DNA from: Corallochytrium limacisporum Hawaii
Taxonomy: Eukaryota; Protista; Pluriformea
Length of the DNA stretch: 64,000 nt
NCBI GenBank assembly: GCA_002811645.1
Contig: PDIP01000036.1
Location: 186,001-250,000 of the forward strand
Reading direction: 5' to 3'
Shown here: positions 56,207-64,000 of the stretch, one piece after another
Numbering within the stretch: position 1 is the first letter of the stretch
Layout of the letters: every line of letters starts with the position of its first letter
Program-made: the position numbers and the translations under genes
The notes under the pieces: generated by a model
Told to the model about the DNA's origin: nothing
The model's database searches: none
What the model saw: only the letters and a program-made list of their open reading frames with translations

Positions 56207-57494
56207 CATCCCTCCCCCCCCCCCAACCCGACCCTGAACCTTTCGCAATAGAATTGAATCTAAGCGTGCGTAGGATGGAAGCGCGATTTCCCACATCAGT
56301 CATATAATATTCCCGATTCGTACGGGCCACTGGGTGTGCACCACAGTCAACAAAAAGTGGAGCCATCCGTTAATATGATCCAATCCCCATCTACACACCG
56401 TCCGTCAACGATCAAACGTCCCGACGCGAGAGTTTTTTTAGATGGCAGCAGAGAGAAACCGTACAGAAGAACACCCGCAGAACGCTCACTGCTCTCCATG
56501 TTTGGAGAATGCCAGCCACTTCATTCCGGCGAACTCCAAGCTCCGGCCACCGGGGCAGGGGAGCGGTGTTTCGCGGTTCCCCGCCCTTTGGGCCGCGCTG
56601 CCGCTGCTGCTGCCCGTTTTCTGCTGAGCGCGCTTGCACACACTGCCTTTCTTTTTTTTTTTGCGCGACGCACGCACGCCCCCCGTCAGTGCGTGTCCAA
56701 AATGGCACGGGTACCGTGCGTGTGTGATTTTACCCCTACCACCCCGCTCTCCCCTGCACCGATCCCAAGGTAAGAACAGAGCCGGAGCTTCCCCGGGCCC
56801 AGCTGTCCACACGTCCAAGCACCAAAAAAAAAAGAAGGAAACGAACAAAGACAGAGAGAGAGAGAGAGAGAAAAGAAAAAAAAAAGGGCGGGAGAGAAAA
56901 GAGGGGGCCTAAATGTTCCATAGCCACACTGCGCCCGCTCAACTCAGCCCTGGGAGCTTCCCACGACCCAAGGGACGAGCTTGTGCGCGGCGCCGCAGCA
57001 GGTGCGCAGCAAAGGGCGGATTTGGAGGCCTCGCCCGCGCCCCGCGCCGCCGGGGGNNNNNNNNNNNNNNNNNNNNNNNNNNNNNNNNNNNNNNNNNNNN
57101 NNNNNNNNNNNNNNNNNNNNNNNNNNNNNNNNNNNNNNGGGGGGGGCCAAGAAGGCAGGGCGCCGGGAGACCAAGGCCACAAAAAAGGAAGAGAGCGAGA
57201 GAGAGTGAGAAATCGAAGAAAGCGCGGCCGCGCGCCCCGAACATTTTCCCTTCGCGGGCTCTGCCCCAGGGAAGAAGGCCAGCGCAAGAGCGAGAGAGAC
57301 AGAGAGAGCGACGGGTCCCCGGCCGCTGGCAGACGTGGCAGTGTAAGCGCCCAGCACAGCACCACTCCACGCACACTGCCCGAGGCGAAAGGACTGTAGG
57401 TAGCAAGCCCGACAAGGGACAACCTGCCTTGGTACCCTTTCCTCCTTTTTTTCTTTTCTTTTCGTTTTGTGTGTTCCGCTGCACAGACACCGAG

Positions 57495-57532
57495 AGATAG
57501 AGAGAGAGAGAGAGAGAGAGAAGAGAGAAGAG
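57495..57532. repeat. (GA)n microsatellite
   Basis: Long GA dinucleotide run. Similar GA/CT runs occur at ~56851-56871, 4270-4285 and 3333-3365. Confidence 0.85.
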
Positions 57533-58384
57533 ACAGTTCGGCTTACCTTTTTCATTTTTTGTTTCCGGGCGCCGCGATGTTTCGCGTTTTGCGTCAAGGC
57601 TCGGTCACGCCTGCGGTTGCCCGGACCTTTAAAAGGAGGGGTGGAGGCCGGCTAAAGGCTTTTTGGGGGGGACCCACCTCGAATGAAGCCGCCGCGGGGG
57701 GGGGGGAGAGGGGTTCGTTCGGTGCCGGAAGGGGGAAGAAAAAGAAGGAAAANNNNNNNNNNNNNNNNNNNNNNNNNNNNNNNNNNNNNNNNNNGGGGGG
57801 GGGGGGGGGGAGAGGAGTTCGTTCGGTGCCGGAAGTGGGAAGAAAAAGAAGGAAAAAGGAAGTGGGAAGGGGCCAACGAAGGTGGCAAGATCTGTCGAGC
57901 TCTCCGAGGAACGGAGCAAGCTCATAGTGAAAGAATGGGAAGCAGAGCAGGAATGCTGGGGGATTTGAGGTCTGCACGTTGCCGCAGTTTTGGCCTCCGC
58001 CCGGTGAACCACAATTTTGTTCTCACACACGAGGTCAGCCCCCGTTAACGGTGTACGACACAAGTGGGTGCGCAGTCACGGGGAAGAGTCAGGGTAATAA
58101 CCCGGGAAATTTGATCGTTTGCTACGCTGATACGTCGGAACAGAATTAGTGACAGAGCCCTGGGAACGCACAGAGCTGGAGATGAGTCGTATGAGCACAG
58201 CAGATGGAGCGTGCGGACCGGAGACGGGCCAAACTGTCAGCAGAGATGAAAATGGAGCGTATGTACCACACGCTCTACATTGGTATTTCACGGGTGCCTC
58301 ATACTCTATTTATTTGCGCTGAGAAATACTTCGCCCTACAAGCTGGAGCAAGCGACCAGATAGATCAAACACACTTATACCAAT

Positions 58385-59242
58385 ATGAGGACTGAGACAG
58401 ATAGCCCCCGGGAGAATAGTGGATCATACGACCTATCGAGATATGACGGCAATCTCCCGCATGGTGACGACCAGTCAAGCTCACAGCAGTCTGACGAGGA
58501 TCGTCGGGATGAGATCGAAAACTTCCGGCAGGACTGGAAGATCAGCAACAAGAATAAGGTAGACGTTCTCCGCCGGGAGGACTGGAAACCGCGTTCTCGT
58601 CGTGATAGCACGGGTCTAAGCTGGCCCTCAGTCGGAGCAAATACGCGCATGTGTGAGAGTCCCGTTCAGGAAAAGGCCCGTCTTGAAGAGATGGCAAAAC
58701 ATGTGAAGGGAATTCTTCGCTGTCTTGGCGAGGATCCGGATCGTGAGGGTCTCCTGAAGACGCCTATGCGCATGGCTAAGGCCCTGGATTTTTTCACCAA
58801 AGGATACCAGCAGTTGCCGTCCGAGATCTTGAACAATGCTGTGTTTGAGGAAGACCACGACGAGATGGTGATTGTGCGGGACATTGAGATCTTTAGCATG
58901 TGTGAGCACCATATGGTTCCTTTCTACGGTAAAGTACACATTGGTTACATTCCAAACAAAAAAGTTCTGGGGCTGTCCAAGGTCGCTCGCCTGGCCGAAA
59001 TCTACAGTCGCCGCTTGCAGGTACAGGAACGCCTGACAAAGCAGATATCCGTGAGCATTATGGAGAGCATTGATCCGCAGGGAGTTGCGGTGGTATGTGA
59101 GGCAACACACATGTGCATGGTCATGCGTGGAGTTCAGAAACCTGGTGCGTTGACCATTACTAGTGCAATGCAGGGTGTCTTCCGGGAGGACCCGCGAACT
59201 CGTGACGAGTTCCTGAGTCTCATTCGCGCTGCGCGTCCCTAG
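58385..59242 (+). CDS. GCH1: GTP cyclohydrolase I
   Basis: [49 protein letters not shown]...[29 protein letters not shown]. Confidence 0.97.
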   Translation: MRTETDSPRENSGSYDLSRYDGNLPHGDDQSSSQQSDEDRRDEIENFRQDWKISNKNKVDVLRREDWKPRSRRDSTGLSWPSVGANTRMCESPVQEKARLEEMAKHVKGILRCLGEDPDREGLLKTPMRMAKALDFFTKGYQQLPSEILNNAVFEEDHDEMVIVRDIEIFSMCEHHMVPFYGKVHIGYIPNKKVLGLSKVARLAEIYSRRLQVQERLTKQISVSIMESIDPQGVAVVCEATHMCMVMRGVQKPGALTITSAMQGVFREDPRTRDEFLSLIRAARP

Positions 59243-62200
59243 TCGCGAGTTATTTCAAAACCATAAGTCTGGTTACATCCAGCATTATCTTACATCATCG
59301 TTCATGGTCACATTAGCATATTACATACGGTACACAAGTAGCATCAACTCTGAAACGAATACACTATAACCTCGCCCAACGGATTTCAGAACTCACAAAT
59401 TCAACAACCCCTTAGATTTACAATCACAAAAATAATCAAAAGATCTTCAGATCACATAATAAACTGTACCCCTAACAAGAACCAGAATCTCGTATTTCAC
59501 GGGGAGCATGCATAACCCTTCCGCCATCCGGGACTCCATGATGCGAGACGCAGCCATGATGACTGATGCCCTGGGGGGATTTCTGATGACCTCCGGGCTG
59601 CCCGAAGGAATACAGGGGAAGATCTTAGAATGCTTCAAATGAATGTTCTAAGAAAGAAGTTGCCGTGTACGCATGCCAAGGGGTAGCCTGCCAATCCTTT
59701 TCATTCTCTGCACCTTCATCAGGGGCTGATCAAATGGGTTTGCTCCCTGCGAGTAAACCGACGGCTGCAAGAGCCCTTTGGCATGTGCAAACAGAGGTTG
59801 TCTGCTTTGCCCACTACTGGTAAACATCGCATCTATCATCATCATCATGACGATTGGTTGGGGTGTTGCGTCAGCTAGAGATTTGCGCAATACCGACTCC
59901 AATTGCTCCTATGATTACGGCGAGAAGCTCTTTAAGGGGATCACTCGGTATCTTGTTCTACGATCTCCTCCGGTTTTACGTCCAAAAGAGTTGCCGCAAG
60001 ACCATGCGAGTAGGATGTTGGGGCAGGGTGAGAGTGCACGGCGTAGTATCAGAATTTGAGCACGATGGAGACCTGTCTCAGCAGGTTTGCTTGGGAACGC
60101 TATTAGATCACTGTCGAGGAGAGGTGCGAACTGAACTGGCTGCCGCAGCCCAGCCATACAGCGAGACATTCCAATCACGCCCCGCTGCATGCCTTCGTGT
60201 GTCCCCCTCTCTCCTCCACTGGTTCCTACCCAATCCTCACCCTCCCCCGCTCCTCTGCATTGTGGGGCGGGCTTGGAAGCCGTACGACCGCCTGGTCGGG
60301 GATCTATCACCCGCCATCATCCGTGTGGCTTACAGCGGTGCGACTTATTGTGGTCTTTCCTTGGACGCGGGGGTTGTTATAGAACTCCTTTTGGATGTCC
60401 CAAGCTTGCAAACTGCAATTGGCCCGTGAGCGGACCTTAGAACGCTCTTGATCGTATTAATATTGGGCTGCACACCGAATGGTCCCCAAGTACAAACGTT
60501 CACACAACACCTGGAGTGTTTGCGCTTTGTCGATACTTGCCTAGGATGGCGGTTGAAACAGAACTCGTGGGGGGCGAGTAGGTGTGTTTGGTGGGCGCTG
60601 AGGCCGTGTGTTCTGCTCATACCTGGAACGCACCATTTGTGAAGGTCTAGGTATTTTCTCCGGGAGATTTGAGGGCCCGTACCTTCCAATCGGACGGAAC
60701 ATGGACCAACCCCAAGAACATCGCAGAATGCAAAGCAATCTCCGCACTGAGGCCAATCGCGATCCCTCCGCACTGGATATAGCACCAACACTGACACACC
60801 CTATACACTTAGACATTGAACGAGGCGAGGCGTTCGCTCGTCAATCCGCTCGAGGACCAGCGGAGTTTGAGCAACAACTCCCTACCACACCTATTGACCT
60901 GTTAAATTGTCCGCAATTGATGAAGGAGGACAATGAATGTGCGCGCTCTCTGTCTGGTGACGCTGTCAACATCTGGTAGCGCAGTGCCTTTGATGACTTG
61001 GCGGTGATCACCATTCACCAGAGCCATTGGTCGCAAGGACTGGAGGAAGGTGAGGATGACGACGGATGTCTGGGGGTGGTGGAGACTGCAGAAAGCGATG
61101 AGCGTGGCAGGCAGGCCAGCGGGGAGGGTTCGTTGAAACCCCTCTTCCCGCCCAACCCACCCCCGCCCCAGGGGTTGATTGTCTCTATCTCCGTCGGTGT
61201 CTTTGTGTGAGGGTGTGCGTGTGTGCCCGCGCACTTCTGTGCGTTTTGCACTGAAGCTGGAATAAGCCAGCCAATCCCTCGAGCGTAGGTCTTATGATCC
61301 GTCGGGCGCCTCCAGTGTAGGTCGTGGCCATCAGGAAGGACGAAAGAACCCGATAACAGCCGTTGCCAACCATATATTCTCTATATGAAACTGCCACCTG
61401 TCTCCAACACCCCCTCTCTCCTCCCGGCTTCCTCTCTCTCCCCCCCCCCCNNNNNNNNNNNNNNNNNNNNNNNNNNNNNNNNNNNNNNNNNNNNNNNNNN
61501 NNNNNCCCCCCCTTCTCCTCCTCTCGCCTCGTCCTCCCTCTCTCTGGCACATGTATTATTCGGAGATAGTCAAAAGAAAATATCCTCCGCAACCACAAAG
61601 TGACCTCAAAACCCAGTCTTTCGTTTGGACCGGGATAAGGCAGATTGACAATAGAGAAGCGAGCCACCACTCGCGGCGGTGCCTTCTGGGAATTGCAGCG
61701 GCTTTTCATGTGCCACTACCATCCGAGTATGACTGCTGCCAGTTGCTCTTGTCCCCCAGTTCCATAGCCTCGCTGCTATGTGACACTCGTATATGACGTT
61801 CCACCTGGGGCATAGAAGATTGTAATTGGAAGCCTGTATGGAAGTAATGAAGGAAATGGAAGCGAAGGTAGCAAAGTGGTTGTGCCAATCGAAACACACA
61901 CACACAACAATTTGTTCGGGCAATAGGAGGTGGGCCCACAAGAGCCGGAGAGCCCCACCAACCCAAGTCCACCCGGTAGTTGGACGTAGGGCTGCCCAGA
62001 GTTCGGTACTGGACGCGCTGCAATGCGCAGGTTGATGGCTGGCCAAAAGATGGCGTCACAGGGTCCGCCCTGGACAGTCTTGGGTGCTATGGTAGTGTGA
62101 CAAGCGAACTACGGACCGCAGCTACAGCCGAAGCTCTTGCAGTTCTTCTGAAGAATGCTATCGCAAAACTCCAACCGATGGGGGCTTCAAAACCGCCGTG

Positions 62201-64000
62201 TTTCTCAGGGTTTCCTGCAACCTTTCTGCGAGTTTATGTTGTGTGGTCCTTGGGTCTTCCCATATTTCTGGATGTCTAGAAGTCATGTCCAAGCTTGAGA
62301 AGAAAGTAGACTGGTAGGGATGTTGACTTCGTTGTGGGCTGGCGGGGTAACTATGAAGATGATTTGAGCATACCGGGCTTTGCTGTCCCGGTATGTGATG
62401 GTTCGGAGGAAGGTATCGTTCATTGTATGGGATGCACAGCGATGGATCTCCTACAGTCCGGTCCGCACAGGATATACAATGGAATGGTACATAGACATAA
62501 TAGGGTTCCATCGATCCAGGCAGTGAGACTTTGTTGTGCCTATCGGTGGTATGCGTTTCGTCGGACAGCCAGCCCGTAAGACTCCCTCGCACTTTGAAAG
62601 GACATAAATGAGAGCGATGAATCGAAGATAAGGAGATGGCCTCCTCTTCAATGCGTAGTATTGTTCTGTAGTACAAGAACGCGCAACTGTCAACAGCCGC
62701 AACCCCAGAAGAAAGACACAGTGCCAATTCAATGGGGATTTCGGGCCTGGGCTTGGGCCGGCTCAAGCGACTGAGTGTTTGGTGGCCACTAATGTATGAA
62801 TTTTGGACGTCGTAGTTGGGTTTGAGCTCCAATGTTCCTGACGATTGCAGAGCTCGGGTACATAGTTTCGGCGCACACATCGCAGATAAGAAGCAAAAGG
62901 GATGGGCAACAGAAAAACTGGTACCCCAACCAGGGCTTATTCCGATAGGGTTCTATCTTGGTCATCGTTCCCTGTGTTCCGTGCGCGGTGAGTTCCGGTA
63001 CCTGTATCAGGATCACTGCTTGTCCACAATGAATACGCCCTCACCCATGAATGGTGATTGGAGGGAAGAAGACAGTTCAACACAGACGTCCCAACAGTTC
63101 ACCACACACTTCTTCGTCTATCAGTTGCTTGATCTTGTCCACTCCTTTTTCGGGCTGCGCTGTGTGTAAGTGGAGGCGTACAGAGAAAGTACGCGAGAAG
63201 AGCGGGAGGAATCGCTGAATGAAACATCCGATGAGGGCAAACCGCTCTGTTAACCCCCGTCGACCCCAAAAGCTTCTTACCCTGTGGCCATCATGTTATC
63301 ATTTTTAACCAGTTAACTTAACCGTAAGTACTGAAACGTATGCGGGTTTCACCTTAAGGCCACGACCTTTAGCATGTACGCTGCATGTGCGCACCAATGT
63401 GCACGGATGCTCGGCCCACACCCTTACTACCGGTCAAGCACGTACCCGCCACAGCGGCACATCATCTCACGAGCCGGTTTGCTCGGCTGCAGGTCTCGTT
63501 TGCATTTGAGTCAAAGTGACAGTCAAGTCGAAAGGGGATGCCGTGATCAAATCAAGCAGCGATATCGAATGTCAAGCGTTCCGGGCTGTGGCACCCATAC
63601 CACCAGCAGCAAGAGAGTGTTTCAGATGGGGATTTCATATTGCGTAACAACCGGGTATGGATTTCAACCGTGCTGTGCGCCAGTAAGCAGCAGTCCACAG
63701 AATACTCCCCGGCTGGCCGGTTGGGTTAGTGCGAGTCTTTTGCGAGTAGCTGCCTTTCCATACACAATATATGCGTACACAGTCTTGTGTTTAAAGAGAT
63801 GTTGACGTTAGATGACGTTTTTAATGGGGTCAGGAGTGCGTGTTCATAGTGAAGATCTAAGCCAGTGCAAATACAACCAACGGGGACTCTGCCTGGTGGT
63901 GGACCGTCCGACATGAGATGCGCGCAACGGGTCTCTCCTGCACCTCTACATCACGTTTTGCAATCAAAGTATGAAGAACTTGGTCTTCAAGACGGCAGTC

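Noticed and set aside
57696-57856. ~55-bp direct repeat flanking the N gap
   Set aside because: Near-identical copies on both sides of a short gap after poly-G indicate an unmerged contig overlap with read errors, not a real repeat.
1-64000. tRNA, rRNA, snRNA, CRISPR arrays, intact transposons or viral genes
   Set aside because: I saw no cloverleaf or A/B boxes, U1/U2/U6 signatures, repeat-spacer arrays, or RT/transposase/integrase motifs by eye. Degenerate copies could have been missed.

Overview
Eukaryotic, gene-dense and almost intron-free DNA with six N gaps, each bordered by G/C runs. The gene content (NALCN/Cch1 channel, PHF20, HSBP1, MED14, GCH1) and extreme intron scarcity suggest a unicellular opisthokont, probably a holozoan such as Corallochytrium; that is inference and unverified. 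About 15 intact protein genes are present: D-lactate dehydrogenase (5' partial), SMYD, a NALCN-like EEEE channel, spliced HSBP1, a 2-TM/AT-hook microprotein, PHF20-like, an STN1/RPA32-like OB protein, an AMPK/MARK-type kinase, glycogenin, carnitine acyltransferase, spliced NYN-LOTUS (MARF1-like), MED14, a hypothetical protein, DUF6687-like and GCH1. Two signals are missed by the ORF track. (1) A non-coding, three-intron snoRNA host gene lies at ~51.6-52.3 kb. Two of its introns carry C/D snoRNAs matching the U38/snR61 and U16/snR87 rRNA targets, the other carries an H/ACA-like RNA, and a probable 4-nt micro-exon separates introns 2 and 3. (2) There is a set of decaying cilium/flagellum genes: KAP3 (large deletion, stop, frameshifts), a TTC16-like::EFHC/Rib72 deletion-fusion with compensating frameshifts, and a NEK1-like C-terminal remnant. 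These sit among fully intact housekeeping genes, suggesting flagellum loss in progress. All homology calls come from motif recognition by eye; no searches were run.
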